Below, piece after piece: positions 29,536 to 41,027 of a DNA stretch of 64,000 bases. Origin of the DNA: an uncultured cyanobacterium (lineage in GTDB: Bacteria > Cyanobacteriota > Cyanobacteriia > PCC-6307 > Cyanobiaceae); assembly GCA_963765575.1 (NCBI GenBank), contig CAVXWZ010000011.1:576001-640000 (forward strand), written 5' to 3'. The first letter of the stretch is position 1. Each line of letters begins with the position of its first letter. A program made the position numbers and the translations under genes. Below the pieces are notes generated by a model, which was given only the letters and a program-made list of their open reading frames with translations, did not search any database and was not told the DNA's origin.

Positions 29536-32203
29536 GGCGGATCCCACGGGACCGATCAATCCAGGGGATTCCGGTTCGGACGGGGATTCACGGGTCATCC
29601 AGACCGACCTCCGCAACGAGATGTCGCGCTCCTATCTGGAGTATGCGATGAGTGTGATCGTGGGTCGGGCCCTGCCCGATGCCCGCGATGGCCTCAAGCC
29701 CGTGCATCGCCGGATCCTGTTCGCGATGTACGAACTGGGCCTCACCAGCGACCGGCCCTACCGCAAGTGTGCCCGTGTGGTGGGGGAGGTGCTCGGTAAG
29801 TACCACCCCCATGGCGACACGGCGGTGTACGACGCCCTGGTGCGCATGGCGCAGAGCTTTTCACTGCGCATGCCGCTGATCGATGGCCATGGCAACTTCG
29901 GGTCGGTGGACAACGATCCGCCGGCCGCCATGCGCTACACCGAATCGCGGCTCCAGGCCCTCACCACCGACGCCCTGCTGGAGGATATCGAGTGCGAAAC
30001 CGTGGATTTCGCCGACAACTTCGACGGCAGTCAGCAGGAACCCACGGTCCTGCCGGCGCGCATTCCCCAGCTGCTGCTCAACGGCTCCTCCGGCATCGCC
30101 GTGGGGATGGCCACCAACATTCCACCCCACAATCTGGGCGAGCTGATTGAGGGAATGCTGGCTCTGATCGCCAACCCCGAGATCACGGACCGGGAGCTGC
30201 AGGCCCTGATCCCCGGCCCAGACTTCCCCACCGGCGGGCAGATCCTCGGGCGCCGCGGCATCCGCGAGATCTATGCCAGTGGGCGGGGCTCGGTGACCAT
30301 GCGCGGCGTCGCCGGCATCGAGACGATTGAGGCCAAGGGCCGGCCTGATCGGGATGCGGTGATCATCACCGAGTTGCCTTATCAGACCAACAAGGCCGCC
30401 ATGATTGAGCGCATCGCCGAGCTGGTCAACGACAAAAAGCTTGAGGGCATCAGCGACATCCGCGACGAATCCGATCGCGATGGCATGCGGGTGGTGATCG
30501 AGCTGCGCCGCGATGCCTATCCCCAGGTGGTGCTGAACAATCTGTTCAAGCTCACGCCGCTGCAGAGCAACTTCAACGCCTACATGCTGGCCCTGGTGCG
30601 CAATGAGCCGGTGCTGCTCAATCTTCGGCGCATGCTCGAGGTATTCCTCGATTACCGCATCGAGACGATCGAACGGCGCACCCGCTACCTGCTGCGCAAG
30701 GCCGAGGAGCGCGATCACATCCTGCTGGGATTGTTGATCGCCCTCGACAATCTCGATGCGATCATTGCCCTCATCCGCGCGGCAGCCGACACCGCCACGG
30801 CCCGATCTGGGCTGACCGAACAGTTCGGCCTCACCGATGTCCAGGCCGACGCCATTCTGCAGATGCAGTTGCGCCGGCTCACGGCCCTGGAGGCCGACAA
30901 GATCAGGCTTGAGCACGAAGATCTGCTCGCCAAGATCACCGACTACAAGGACATCCTGGCCCGGCGGGAGCGGGTGCTGGAAATCATCCAGGACGAGCTG
31001 GCGACGATTCGCAGCCGCTACGACTCACCGCGGCGCACCGAGATTCTCGATCTCGAGGGTGGCCTTGAAGACATCGACCTGATCGCCAATGAGCGCTCGG
31101 TGGTGCTGCTCACCGAGACCGGCTACCTCAAGCGGATGCCGGTGAGTGAGTTTGAGGCCACCAGCCGCGGCACCCGCGGCAAGGCCGGCACCCGCAGCCA
31201 GGGCGAGGAGGCGGTGAAGCTGTTCATCAGCTGCAACGACCACGACAATCTGCTGCTGTTCAGCGACCGCGGCGTGGTCTACACGGTGCCGGCCTACCGG
31301 GTGCCGGTGGGCAGCCGCGGCGCCAAGGGCACCCCGATCGTGCAGCTGCTGCCGATTCCACGTGAGGAGCAGATCACCTCCCTGCTGGCGGTGAGTGAAT
31401 TCACCGACGACGGCGTGCTCGTGATGCTCACCAGCGGCGGCACCATCAAGCGCACCCGCCTCTCGGCCTTCGCCAACATTCGCTCCAACGGCCTGATTGC
31501 CATTGACCTGGTGCCCGGTGATTCCCTGCGCTGGGTGCGCCTCGCCCTGCCCGGCGACAGCGTGCTGATCGGCTCCCGCAAGGCGATGACGATCCACTTC
31601 CGCCTCAGCGACGAGGAGCTGAGGCCCCTGGGCCGCACCGCCCGGGGGGTGCGGGCGATGAATCTGCGCGCCGGTGATCAGCTCGTGAGCATGGATGTGC
31701 TGCCGGCCGAACTGGCCGACCGGGTGGCCGAGGTGTCCGCCGACGGCGATGACGAGACGGAGGCCGAGGCTGATGCCGACGAGGCTGTGGCCGCCACGGA
31801 AGGCCCCTGGGTCTTGGTGACCACCGCCAGCGGCCTGGGCAAACGCGTGCCGGTGGACCAGTTCCGGCTCCAGAAGCGCGCCGGCATGGGCCTGCGCGCG
31901 ATCCGCTTCCGCCAGAGCGACGACGTGCTGGTGGGCCTGCGGGTGCTGGGATCCGGCGAGGAGCTGCTGCTGGTGAGCGAGCGGGGCGTGATTGTGCGCA
32001 CCAAGGCCGATGCGGTGCCGCAGCAGTCGCGGGCGGCCACGGGGGTGCGCCTGCAACGGCTCGATGCCCGTGATCGCCTCGCCGAGGTGGTGCTGGTGCC
32101 GCCGGCGGCCGAGGAGGAGGAGGCTGCCCCGGAAGATGGCGCTCAAGATGCTGCTCCGCCGTCGTCAGCGGAGGCCGATACCGCTGAGGGGAGTGGGAGC
32201 TGA
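29534..32203 (+). CDS. gyrA: DNA gyrase subunit A
   Basis: [29 protein letters not shown], GyrA-box-like TSRGTRG, beta-pinwheel repeats. Confidence 0.98.
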   Translation: MADPTGPINPGDSGSDGDSRVIQTDLRNEMSRSYLEYAMSVIVGRALPDARDGLKPVHRRILFAMYELGLTSDRPYRKCARVVGEVLGKYHPHGDTAVYDALVRMAQSFSLRMPLIDGHGNFGSVDNDPPAAMRYTESRLQALTTDALLEDIECETVDFADNFDGSQQEPTVLPARIPQLLLNGSSGIAVGMATNIPPHNLGELIEGMLALIANPEITDRELQALIPGPDFPTGGQILGRRGIREIYASGRGSVTMRGVAGIETIEAKGRPDRDAVIITELPYQTNKAAMIERIAELVNDKKLEGISDIRDESDRDGMRVVIELRRDAYPQVVLNNLFKLTPLQSNFNAYMLALVRNEPVLLNLRRMLEVFLDYRIETIERRTRYLLRKAEERDHILLGLLIALDNLDAIIALIRAAADTATARSGLTEQFGLTDVQADAILQMQLRRLTALEADKIRLEHEDLLAKITDYKDILARRERVLEIIQDELATIRSRYDSPRRTEILDLEGGLEDIDLIANERSVVLLTETGYLKRMPVSEFEATSRGTRGKAGTRSQGEEAVKLFISCNDHDNLLLFSDRGVVYTVPAYRVPVGSRGAKGTPIVQLLPIPREEQITSLLAVSEFTDDGVLVMLTSGGTIKRTRLSAFANIRSNGLIAIDLVPGDSLRWVRLALPGDSVLIGSRKAMTIHFRLSDEELRPLGRTARGVRAMNLRAGDQLVSMDVLPAELADRVAEVSADGDDETEAEADADEAVAATEGPWVLVTTASGLGKRVPVDQFRLQKRAGMGLRAIRFRQSDDVLVGLRVLGSGEELLLVSERGVIVRTKADAVPQQSRAATGVRLQRLDARDRLAEVVLVPPAAEEEEAAPEDGAQDAAPPSSAEADTAEGSGS

Positions 32204-33552
32204 CCAGTCCAGGGGCTCCGTGGCAAGCTCCGGCGGATGTGCTGGTGGTGGGGGGCGGCCCGGCGGCCCTGGCGATCGCCGCCGCCCTGGGCACTGAACA
32301 GCTGCGGGTGACGGTGCTGAGCGCGGCCGATCCGGCCGAGCCCTGGCCCAACACCTACGGCATCTGGGCTGGGGAGGCGGATGACGCCGGGCTGTCCCAC
32401 CTGCTCGAGCACCGCTGGAGCCACACCTGCAGCTACTTCGGAGCCGGCGGCGCGTCAGGGCCCGCCGCTGCCCCCACGCCCCATGGCCGCGACTACGGGC
32501 TGTTCGACAAGACACTGCTGCAGCGCCACTGGCTCGATCAGTGCGCCGCCGCCGGGGTGCGCTGGGAGCGGGGGCAGGCCCGGGAACTCGCCTTCTGCGC
32601 CGCGGCGGGGCAGAGCAGCACGGCGGAGTCGGCCGCCAGGCCCGGGGCCCTCAGCGTGGTGCGCTGTGACGACGGCCGGGAGCTGCGGGCCCGGCTGGTG
32701 GTGGATGCCACGGGACACCGGGCGGCCCTGATCAGGCGGCCGGATCGGGGGCCGGTGGCCGCCCAGGCCGCCTACGGGGTGGTGGGACGCTTCAGCGCCC
32801 CGCCCGTGCAGGCCGGTCAGTTCGTGCTCATGGACTTTCGCTGCGACCACCTCAGCCCCGCCGAGCGCCTGGACCCACCCACCTTTCTCTACGCCATGGA
32901 TCTGGGGGAAGGCCGCCACTTTGTGGAGGAGACGTCGCTGGCCCTGGCGCCAGCCGTGCCCTTCACCACCCTGCGCCAGCGGCTGGAGCGACGGCTGGCC
33001 CATCGCGGCGTGGTGATCGAGGCGGTGGAGCACGAGGAGTTCTGCCTGTTCCCGATGAATCTGCCGCTGCCTGATCGTGATCAACCGTTGCTGGCCTTCG
33101 GTGGGGCCGCGGCGATGGTGCACCCAGCCTCTGGCTATCTGGTGGGGGCGCTGCTGCGCCGAGCCCCGGGGCTCGGCGCAGCCCTGGCCGCGGCCCTGGC
33201 GGATCCCCAGGCCTCCCCGGCCGAGCTGGCCGCCGCCGGCTGGCAGGCGCTCTGGCCCCCGGAACTGCGCCGCAAGCAGGCCCTCTATCAATTCGGTTTG
33301 GAGAAGCTGATGCGCTTCCCTGAGGCCCAGCTGCGGGCCTTCTTCGCCACTTTCTTTGCCCTGCCGCCGGCGCAGTGGAGCGGTTTTCTGACCAACACCC
33401 TGAGTCTCGCGGAGCTGGTGAGCGCCATGCTGGGCCTCTTCGCCGCAGCCCCCTGGAGCGTCAGGGCCGGCTTGCTCAGCCTGCGGGGCCGGGAGGCGGC
33501 GCTGCTCTCCCAGGTGCTCAGTGGGGGGGCGTCACCCAGTCGGCGGCGTTGA
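32200..33552 (+). CDS. crtL: lycopene cyclase (CrtL family); start probably CTG 32200, otherwise GTG 32239
   Basis: [45 protein letters not shown]. Confidence 0.92.
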   Translation: MTSPGAPWQAPADVLVVGGGPAALAIAAALGTEQLRVTVLSAADPAEPWPNTYGIWAGEADDAGLSHLLEHRWSHTCSYFGAGGASGPAAAPTPHGRDYGLFDKTLLQRHWLDQCAAAGVRWERGQARELAFCAAAGQSSTAESAARPGALSVVRCDDGRELRARLVVDATGHRAALIRRPDRGPVAAQAAYGVVGRFSAPPVQAGQFVLMDFRCDHLSPAERLDPPTFLYAMDLGEGRHFVEETSLALAPAVPFTTLRQRLERRLAHRGVVIEAVEHEEFCLFPMNLPLPDRDQPLLAFGGAAAMVHPASGYLVGALLRRAPGLGAALAAALADPQASPAELAAAGWQALWPPELRRKQALYQFGLEKLMRFPEAQLRAFFATFFALPPAQWSGFLTNTLSLAELVSAMLGLFAAAPWSVRAGLLSLRGREAALLSQVLSGGASPSRRR

Positions 33553-35116
33553 GCTGGGGAAAGAGCCGGTCTTCGAGCCGCACCGCTGCCAGCCAGGCGA
33601 CCGGCAACTCCCGGTTGTGGTCGATGGCATCGAGCAGCCGCCAGAAGCGATCGAGGTGGCGCTTGATGCGCTCCCGGGCCAGGTCGGTGGTGGTGCCGGC
33701 CCTGAGGATGAAGCTCCAGTCGGAGCTCTGGGCCAGCAACAACTCCCGGCCCGCCTGGGTGAGCAGGTCGCGCTGGCCGCGGTTGGCCACGCCCCGGTTG
33801 ACCCGTCGCACCATGGCCAGGGAGGCCCGCTGCCACTCCGGCACCACCCAGGCGTTGCTGTCGTTGAGCCAGTAGTCGTGGTAGCCACCCTGGCCCCAGC
33901 TGCTGGGCGAGGGCCGGCACACCTGCAGGCTGGGACGCTGCTGCACGGCGTCGCGCAGGGTCACCAGGCGCACGCCGGCCTGGCGGCACTGGCTGAAGAG
34001 CGCCGCCAGGAACTGGGGCCCCTCGAACCACCAGTGCCCGAACAGCTCGGCGTCGAAGGGGGCCACCAGCAGGGGCACGGGTTCCATCGAACCGCCCAGT
34101 TCCTCCAGCTCGGCGGCCCGGCCCTGCAGGTAGGCGGCGGCGTGCTCCTGTACACGTCCGGCGGCGACGGCGGGGTCATAGGGCTGCTTGTGCTCCAGGG
34201 GGCAGCCCTGGGCGGTGACCCGGTGCAGCTTCAGGCCCAGGGGGCGGCGGCTGCCGATGCCGGCGGCATCGAGTTGCGACTCGGGCAGATCCCAGCCCAG
34301 GTCGCGGTGGAATTCCCGGTAGGCCCCGTCACCGGGGTAGCCCTCGCGGGCACTCCACACCGGCAGGGTGGCGTTGCCGTCACGCCCGAAAAAGGCCACC
34401 CCGGCGGGGGAGCAGATGGGCGCGAAGACGCCGTAGCGGGGGCGCGGCAAGGCATGCAGCAGGCCGTGGCCATCGAGCACCGAATAACGCAGCCCGCAGG
34501 CCACCAGCTGCTGATCGAGGCCTTCGTAGTAGGCACATTCCGGCAGCCAGATCCCCAGCGGCCGCTCACCCAGCTGGCGCTCGTGCTCCCGCACCGCATT
34601 GATCAGCTGGGCCTGCACCGCCTCGGGCACCTGGCGCAGCAATGGCAGATAGCCGTGGGTGGCGCCGCAGGTGATCAGGTCGAGCACGCCGCGCTGCTGC
34701 AGGCGCTGGAAGCGCTGCACCACCTGCCCCTTGTGGTCGAGCCACTGGCGCTCCACCGCCGCCAGTTGTTCACCCAGGTGGTGGGCGGCCAGCTGGTGGT
34801 CGGCCGGCGCCTGCTCCAGCAGCAGCTGCCGTTGCTCCAGCCAGGGCAGGAAGCGGGCGTTCAGCTCCCGGTCGGCCAGCAGGCTGAGCAGGGTGGGCGA
34901 GAGCCCGAGGGTGAGCCGCGCCTGCTGGCGGCGATCGGCGGCCGCGGCCTCCAGCACCGCCAGCAGGGGCAGGTAACACTCCTGCAGCGCCTGGAAGTAC
35001 CAGTCCTCCTCCAGGGAACCGGCCTCGCCGCTGCGCACATAGGGGAGATGGGCGTGGAGGACGAGGGCCAGATCACCGGAGCACCGATCGCCGCTGGCCG
35101 GATCGCCGTTGCCCAT
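33518..35116 (-). CDS. glycoside hydrolase family 57 (branching-enzyme type)
   Basis: LHAHLPYV, ATHGYLPLL, WLPECAY, YREFHRD, PFDAELFGHWWFEGP, QSSDWSF. Confidence 0.93.
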   Translation of the reverse strand: MGNGDPASGDRCSGDLALVLHAHLPYVRSGEAGSLEEDWYFQALQECYLPLLAVLEAAAADRRQQARLTLGLSPTLLSLLADRELNARFLPWLEQRQLLLEQAPADHQLAAHHLGEQLAAVERQWLDHKGQVVQRFQRLQQRGVLDLITCGATHGYLPLLRQVPEAVQAQLINAVREHERQLGERPLGIWLPECAYYEGLDQQLVACGLRYSVLDGHGLLHALPRPRYGVFAPICSPAGVAFFGRDGNATLPVWSAREGYPGDGAYREFHRDLGWDLPESQLDAAGIGSRRPLGLKLHRVTAQGCPLEHKQPYDPAVAAGRVQEHAAAYLQGRAAELEELGGSMEPVPLLVAPFDAELFGHWWFEGPQFLAALFSQCRQAGVRLVTLRDAVQQRPSLQVCRPSPSSWGQGGYHDYWLNDSNAWVVPEWQRASLAMVRRVNRGVANRGQRDLLTQAGRELLLAQSSDWSFILRAGTTTDLARERIKRHLDRFWRLLDAIDHNRELPVAWLAAVRLEDRLFPQLNAADWVTPPH

Positions 35117-35234
35117 GGCACCGCCGCACTCCGGCAACTCTACGGGCGGTTTCCGCAGCCACCGGCCGAGCCCGTGCGGCGGGGCTACGGTCGGGCCAGA
35201 GCCACCCCTGCCCCGCCGTGCCCTGCCCCGATCC

Positions 35235-35858
35235 GTGACCGTTTCAGAGTTGGCCCCCTCTGCGGCCACCGGATCCCGGCGGCGCTTGGTGCTTGCGGTT
35301 GATGGCCACAGCATGTTCTACGCGCAGCAGAAGCTGGGCTGGTTCTTCGATCCCCGCCGGCTGCTGGCCCATGCCCAGAGCCAGCCGGAGCTGGAGCTCA
35401 GCAGTGCCTTCTGGTATGCCGGTCTGCGCGATCCCGGCGATCAGCGTCCCTTCCGCGACGCCCTCACCAGCCTGGGCTTCACGGTGCGCACCCGCCCGCT
35501 GCGGGAACTGAGCGGCGGCGGCAGTGGCGGCGGCGGCCCTGGCGGTGGCGGGGCCGCTGGCGGCGAGGGGGACGCCCGCCCCCACTTCGTGCGGGCCAAC
35601 CTGGATGTGGAGATCGCCGTGGATCTGATGGCGGTGGCCGGCCGCACTGAGGTGGTGTGGCTGCTCAGCGGCAGCCGTGACCTCGAGCGGCTTGTGGAGG
35701 TGCTGCGGGCCCGGGGTCTGCAGGTGGTGCTGATGAGCACCGAGGGGATGGTGGCGCGGGAGCTGCGCAACGCGGTGGACCGCTTCGTGGATCTGGCCCA
35801 GCTGCGGCTGCAACTGGAGAAGGCCGAAGCCCTGCAGCCCCCGGTGTTCTCCCGCTGA
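35235..35858 (+). CDS. NYN domain protein (LabA/DUF88 family)
   Basis: VDGHSMFYAQ..WFFDPRRLL, ANLDVEIAVD, LSGSRDLERLV, ARELRNAVDRFVDL; start uncertain (35115 possible). Confidence 0.88.
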   Translation: MTVSELAPSAATGSRRRLVLAVDGHSMFYAQQKLGWFFDPRRLLAHAQSQPELELSSAFWYAGLRDPGDQRPFRDALTSLGFTVRTRPLRELSGGGSGGGGPGGGGAAGGEGDARPHFVRANLDVEIAVDLMAVAGRTEVVWLLSGSRDLERLVEVLRARGLQVVLMSTEGMVARELRNAVDRFVDLAQLRLQLEKAEALQPPVFSR

Positions 35859-35922
35859 GGGCGGCCGCCCCAGCCCCTAGGATGGGGCTAACTCATAGTT
35901 ATTCCGCATAGGGAGCCCTGCG

Positions 35923-37566
35923 ATGGCCCGCGACCCCGGCCGGGTGCTGATCTTCGACACCACCCTGCGCGACGGCGAGCAGTCGCCCGGTGCCAGCCTC
36001 AACCTGGAGGAGAAGCTCGCCATTGCCCAGCAGCTCGCCCGCCTGGGGGTGGACATCATCGAGGCCGGCTTCCCCTTCGCCAGCTCCGGCGACTTCAACG
36101 CCGTGCAGCGCATCGCCGAGGCTGTGGGCACGGCCGACGGCCCGGTGATCTGCGGGTTGGCCCGCGCCGCTGCGGGAGACATCAAGGCCTGTGCCGATGC
36201 CGTGGCGCCCGCCACCCGCCGCCGCATCCACACCTTCATCGCCACCAGCGACATCCACCTGGAGCACAAGCTGCGCAAGAGCCGCGCTGACGTGCTGGCG
36301 ATCACCGCCGAGATGGTCGACTACGCCCGCTCCCTGGTGGATGACGTGGAGTTCTCCTGCGAGGACGCCGGCCGTTCCGATCCCGAGTTTCTCTATGAGG
36401 TGATCGAGGCGGCCATCCAGGCCGGCGCCACCACGATCAACATCCCCGACACGGTGGGCTATGCCACCCCGGCGGAATTCGGTGCCCTGATCGCCGGCAT
36501 CAACAGCCACGTGCCCAGCATCGATCAGGCGGTGATCTCCGTGCATGGCCACAACGATCTGGGCCTGGCGGTGGCCAACTTCCTCGAGGCCGTCAAGAAC
36601 GGCGCCCGCCAGCTCGAGTGCACGATCAACGGCATCGGCGAGCGGGCCGGCAACGCCTCGCTCGAGGAGCTGGTGATGGCGCTGCACGTGCGTCGCCGCT
36701 ACTTCAATCCCTTCCTGGGTCGGGCGGCCGATTGCTCCGATTCCCTCACCGGCGTGCGCACCCAGGAGATCACCAAGACCTCCCGGCTGGTGAGCAACCT
36801 CACCGGCATGGCGGTGCAGCCCAACAAGGCGATCGTGGGCGCCAACGCCTTCGCCCATGAGTCCGGCATTCACCAGGACGGCGTGCTCAAGAACCGCCTC
36901 ACCTACGAAATCATCGATGCCCGCACCGTGGGCCTCAGCGACAACCGCATCTCCCTGGGCAAGCTCTCGGGCCGCAGCGCCTTCCGGGCCCGGCTGGAGG
37001 AGCTCGGCTATGCCCTCACCCGCGACGACCTCGACGACGCCTTTGCCCGCTTCAAGGAGCTGGCCGATCGCAAGCGGGAGATCACCGACCGGGATCTGGA
37101 GGCGATCGTGAGCGAGCAGGTGCAGCACAACGACCAGGTGGTGTACACCCTGCGCAGCGTGCAGGTGAGCTGCGGCACCGGCCTGCAGCCCACCGCCACG
37201 GTCAGCCTGCTCAACGCCGACGGTGCCGAGCTCAACGAGGCCGCGATCGGCACCGGTCCGGTGGATGCCGTCTGTCAGGCCCTCAACCGTCTCGCCCAGG
37301 TGCCCAACGAGCTGGTGGAGTTCTCGGTCAAAAGCGTCACCGAGGGCATCGATGCCATGGGCGAGGTGACCATCCGCCTGCGTCATCAGGGGGCGCTCTA
37401 CTCCGGCCATGCCGCCGACACGGACATCGTGGTGGCGGCGGCCCAGGCCTTCGTCAATGCCCTCAATCGGTTGCTGGCGTGCAGCCAGCAACTGCCGCTC
37501 CATCCCCAGAAGGCCCCCCTGCCGGCGCTGGGAGATCTGCCGCTGGCGCAGCGGCCGCGGGTATGA
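35923..37566 (+). CDS. leuA: 2-isopropylmalate synthase
   Basis: [34 protein letters not shown], regulatory domain GPVDA. Confidence 0.98.
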   Translation: MARDPGRVLIFDTTLRDGEQSPGASLNLEEKLAIAQQLARLGVDIIEAGFPFASSGDFNAVQRIAEAVGTADGPVICGLARAAAGDIKACADAVAPATRRRIHTFIATSDIHLEHKLRKSRADVLAITAEMVDYARSLVDDVEFSCEDAGRSDPEFLYEVIEAAIQAGATTINIPDTVGYATPAEFGALIAGINSHVPSIDQAVISVHGHNDLGLAVANFLEAVKNGARQLECTINGIGERAGNASLEELVMALHVRRRYFNPFLGRAADCSDSLTGVRTQEITKTSRLVSNLTGMAVQPNKAIVGANAFAHESGIHQDGVLKNRLTYEIIDARTVGLSDNRISLGKLSGRSAFRARLEELGYALTRDDLDDAFARFKELADRKREITDRDLEAIVSEQVQHNDQVVYTLRSVQVSCGTGLQPTATVSLLNADGAELNEAAIGTGPVDAVCQALNRLAQVPNELVEFSVKSVTEGIDAMGEVTIRLRHQGALYSGHAADTDIVVAAAQAFVNALNRLLACSQQLPLHPQKAPLPALGDLPLAQRPRV

Positions 37567-38411
37567 GCCAGCTCCGTCCCGGCACCCCCCGCTCGCCCCT
37601 GGCGGCGGGTCTGCAGCTGGCCCTGCTGCTGTTGGTGGCCCTGGCCATGCTCGTGCCCCTGCTGTGGCTGGTGAGCACCTCCTTGAAGGGGCCGGCCGAG
37701 AACATCTTCACCAGCCCGCCGGCGCTGCTGCCCGCCGAGCCCAGCCTCGAGGCCTACCGGCGTCTGTTCGCCGACAGTCCGATGGGCACCTACCTGCGCA
37801 ACAGCACGATCGTCAGCGCCCTGGCGGTGTTCGCCAACCTCAGCTTCTGCTCCCTGGCGGCCTACCCCCTGGCGCGGATGCGCTTCGCCGGCCGGGGGCT
37901 GGTGCTGGCCCTGGTGGTGGCCACGATCCTGATCCCCTTCCAGGTGGTGATGATTCCGCTCTACCTGCTGATGGTGCAGATCGGCCTGCGCAACACCCTC
38001 TGGGCCCTGATCATTCCCCAGGCCGCCACCGCCTTCGGCATCTTCCTGCTGCGGCAGAGCTTCCTCGGCGTGCCGGTGGAGCTGGAGGAGGCGGCCCGCA
38101 GCGATGGCTGCACACCCATCGGTGAATGGTGGAACGTGATGATTCCCGCCGCCCGGGCCGATCTGATCACCCTGGCGATGTTTGTGTTCATCGGCACCTG
38201 GAGCGACTTCCTCTGGCCGCTGGTGATCCTCGATGAACCCGAGCTCTACACCCTGCCGCTTGGGCTGCAGCAGCTGGCCAGCAGCTTCTCGCTCGACTGG
38301 CGGCTGGTGGCCGCCGGTGCGGTGGTGTCGATCCTGCCGGTGCTGCTGCTGTTCATCGGCCTGCAGCGCTACATCCTGCCCAGCGCCAGTGGCGATGCCG
38401 TGAAGGGCTGA
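37563..38411 (+). CDS. carbohydrate ABC transporter permease
   Basis: [11 protein letters not shown] (EAA loop), [18 protein letters not shown] overlap with leuA. Confidence 0.93.
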   Translation: MSQLRPGTPRSPLAAGLQLALLLLVALAMLVPLLWLVSTSLKGPAENIFTSPPALLPAEPSLEAYRRLFADSPMGTYLRNSTIVSALAVFANLSFCSLAAYPLARMRFAGRGLVLALVVATILIPFQVVMIPLYLLMVQIGLRNTLWALIIPQAATAFGIFLLRQSFLGVPVELEEAARSDGCTPIGEWWNVMIPAARADLITLAMFVFIGTWSDFLWPLVILDEPELYTLPLGLQQLASSFSLDWRLVAAGAVVSILPVLLLFIGLQRYILPSASGDAVKG

Positions 38412-38423
38412 GAGACCTGGGAG

Positions 38424-38915
38424 TTAGGGCGGTCCTGCGGCTCCCGGGCTGGCGGGGCGTGGGGCACCAGCGGCGGCTGCCGGCTCAGCTCCTGCCGGGT
38501 TCCCCTCGCCGCTGCTGGGGGGTGTGGCCGGAGGCGTTGGTGGCGGAGCAGGGGGCTGCCGGCTGAGCTGTTCGCTCAGGGCCTCGATTTCGGCCTGCAG
38601 CACATCCACCCGGCTGTCGTTGCGCTCCAACGTCTGCAGGCGCTCCACGGCGGCGCGCAGCTGATCCTCCAGCCCGGTGGTGCGTTCCAGGGCACGGCTG
38701 TTCTCGAGGCCCTGGAGGCGCTCCTGCAGCTCCTGGATCTTGGTGCCCTGCTGGCGCGTCTGCACCAGCAGGGCCACGAACAGCACGGCCACCAGCGCGG
38801 TGATGCCGGCCTGCACCCACAGCAGCCAGTCGGGCAGCGGCGGCAGGCCGCCCGCCGCCGGGCCGGAGCCGGAATCGCTGCCGGAAGAGCCTGGGGCCAG
38901 TGGGCTGGGGTCCAT
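38424..38915 (-). CDS. hypothetical single-TM coiled-coil protein with Pro-rich tail
   Basis: TM segment followed by heptad-like IQELQERLQGLEN..LQAEIEALSEQL. Confidence 0.7.
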   Translation of the reverse strand: MDPSPLAPGSSGSDSGSGPAAGGLPPLPDWLLWVQAGITALVAVLFVALLVQTRQQGTKIQELQERLQGLENSRALERTTGLEDQLRAAVERLQTLERNDSRVDVLQAEIEALSEQLSRQPPAPPPTPPATPPSSGEGNPAGAEPAAAAGAPRPASPGAAGPP

Positions 38916-38977
38916 CCGATCGGCTCGCCTGCCCCAATCCTGCCCGATTGCCGCCAGGGCTTCAGGGATCAGCGGGG

Positions 38978-39262
38978 TCAGCTTTTGTCGGTGCGGTCGG
39001 ATCGGCTGCGGCCCACCCCATAGCCCACCAGCACCCCCACCAGACCTCCCGCCATGGCGCCCTGCAGGCGCAGAAAATCACGCCGCATGCGCAATGGCAG
39101 TCGGCCCAGCTGCAGGCCCACCAGCAGCGCCAGGGTGATGGTGAGGGCCAGCCCGCCACCGCCCACCAGTCCCAACCCGCCCCGGCCGGATGTCTTCGCT
39201 GGCATCGGTGGCTGGGGTTGCTGAGTTTGGTGCTGAGGTTGTTGCGGTGGCGGGGGCGTCAT
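38978..39262 (-). CDS. small hypothetical two-TM protein with Gln/Pro-rich N-terminus
   Basis: LLVGLQLGRLPLRMRRDFLRLQGAMAGGLVGVLVGYGVG. Confidence 0.6.
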   Translation of the reverse strand: MTPPPPQQPQHQTQQPQPPMPAKTSGRGGLGLVGGGGLALTITLALLVGLQLGRLPLRMRRDFLRLQGAMAGGLVGVLVGYGVGRSRSDRTDKS

Positions 39263-39344
39263 CAGCGAGTGGTGCCCTGCGGTCTGGGTCTGATCATTGT
39301 CGATGGGGGCGCAGCGCGTCGACGGCCGTTCAAGGATCCAGGAC

Positions 39345-39515
39345 CACCGCCTGCGGTGGCGGGGCGCCACTCCACTCCTGTTCAGCTCCACCTGCGGCAT
39401 CCCCGATCCCGAGCAGATCCCAATCCGCGAAGCCACCCCCCAGCGGCCGATCAATCCCTACGGCCGCAGCCAATGAACGGTGGAGCAGTTGCTGGCCGAT
39501 TTCGCCGCTGGCTGC
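39345..39515 (+). pseudogene. galE: UDP-glucose 4-epimerase (GalE) internal fragment with in-frame stop
   Basis: Reads LLFSSTC-GIPDPEQIPIREATPQRPINPYGRSQ*TVEQLLADFAA; TGA at 39474-39476. Confidence 0.85.
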
Positions 39516-41027
39516 TCACGCTGCACCACGGCTCTCGGCGGCCTGCAGCAGCTGGGCCGCCGTGGCGCCATACACCGCTTCGGCCTCCGCCGCGCTGCGG
39601 CCGATGCAGGTCATGCCCAGCTTGCCGAATTCCGACAGGCAGCCCAGCAGGTGGAACACGCTGCCGCGCAGCTGGGCCGGGTCGTAGTGCAGGCCCGCCT
39701 CGGCGACGATGTCGATCAGGTCGATCGGCAGCAGTCCGCGCAGGCGCGGATCGCAGAGGTTGTCGGTGGCCCGGTAGAAGAGCGGCGAGCCGGTGGGCGA
39801 GCGGTAGAGCCCGTCGTCCTCATGCATGCGGCCGCTGGTGATGGCGTTGAGGGCCATGTAGGGGTGGGTGGTGCCGCCCTGGCGCAGGTTCACCTCGATC
39901 GCCTGCAGCTCCCAGCGCTCGCCGAAGCGGCGGGCGATGAAGTCCACCGCATAGCGCTCCAGCGCTCCCTCCGCCGCCAGCGCCTCCCCCACCGCCCGGC
40001 CGTGGCGCAGCAGCAACCGCCGGTAGGCCTCGGCGGCCGGGAACTGGCAGCCCAGGTAGGTCTGCTGGTGCTCCCCGCCGAGCACCTGTTCGTGGCTGGA
40101 GAGCACCTCCACCTCCCCGGGCCCACCGTCGCTGCCGGGATGGATGATGCCCTGCACGCTGGGGGAGCGGATCGCCTCACCCCCCTCCAGCCAGGCCTCC
40201 ACCAGGGCCCCCTGTCCGGCCAGCAAGTCCAGCCAGTCCAGGGCGGGCATCGCCAGCTGCTCCAGGGCGGCGAGGATCCGCCGCCGCCTGCCGGCGGCCG
40301 TCAGCTCCGCCAACCCCAGGGGTTCGAGAGCCAGCGGGGCGTTGCCCTGTCCGCTGAAGCCCTCGTTGAGTTTCACCACACAGCGGCGCAGCTGCGGATC
40401 GGCCTCCCACAGCTCCGCTGTCACGTCGGCCAGGGCGGCGAGATCGTGCACCACCGCGCTGCCGGGCGGATGGGGCACGCCGCAGCGGGCGAACAGGGCC
40501 CGGCTGCCGGCCTTGCTGCCCCAGTGGGCCAGGGCCGGATCGGTGCCGAGCAGGGGGATCTGCAGCCGTTCCGAGAGCTGCCGCTCCAGGTCGCTCACCA
40601 CGAAGCAGCTGATGAAGCTGCGGCCGGGGCGCAGCAGCTCGGCGATGCGCTGCAGCAGGGCCGGACGCTCCAGCAGCTTGGCCGCCAGGGGCCGGCCGGA
40701 GGCGTCATCGGTGTCCACCAGATGCAGGCGCCGCCTGGCATGGGAGGTGGGCACCCCCGGCAGCAGCTCCAGCACCGCATCCACCACCAGGTCGGCCAGG
40801 GGCTTGCTGCTGGCATAGACCATGCGCACCCCTGGATGGCGCAGGCCGATCAGGGCGAACAGCTGGCGCTCCTCGTAGTGATGGGCTCCCGTCACCAACC
40901 CCATCTGGTGTTGATCCAGGGACAGCGACGGCACCATCAGCACGTCCACCTCCGGGCCATGGCCGCCCGTGGCCCGGCCCCAGGAGGGATGCAGCTGGGC
41001 CTGCAGCTGCCGGAAGCTGAGGGGCAT
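39516..41027 (-). CDS. peptide ligase PGM1-related ATP-grasp protein
   Basis: VPSLSLD, HYEERQLF, WGSKAGSR, VKLNEGFSGQGNA, SPSVQ, YLGCQFPA, IEVNLRQGGTTHP, GKLGMTCIG. Confidence 0.88.
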   Translation of the reverse strand: MPLSFRQLQAQLHPSWGRATGGHGPEVDVLMVPSLSLDQHQMGLVTGAHHYEERQLFALIGLRHPGVRMVYASSKPLADLVVDAVLELLPGVPTSHARRRLHLVDTDDASGRPLAAKLLERPALLQRIAELLRPGRSFISCFVVSDLERQLSERLQIPLLGTDPALAHWGSKAGSRALFARCGVPHPPGSAVVHDLAALADVTAELWEADPQLRRCVVKLNEGFSGQGNAPLALEPLGLAELTAAGRRRRILAALEQLAMPALDWLDLLAGQGALVEAWLEGGEAIRSPSVQGIIHPGSDGGPGEVEVLSSHEQVLGGEHQQTYLGCQFPAAEAYRRLLLRHGRAVGEALAAEGALERYAVDFIARRFGERWELQAIEVNLRQGGTTHPYMALNAITSGRMHEDDGLYRSPTGSPLFYRATDNLCDPRLRGLLPIDLIDIVAEAGLHYDPAQLRGSVFHLLGCLSEFGKLGMTCIGRSAAEAEAVYGATAAQLLQAAESRGAA

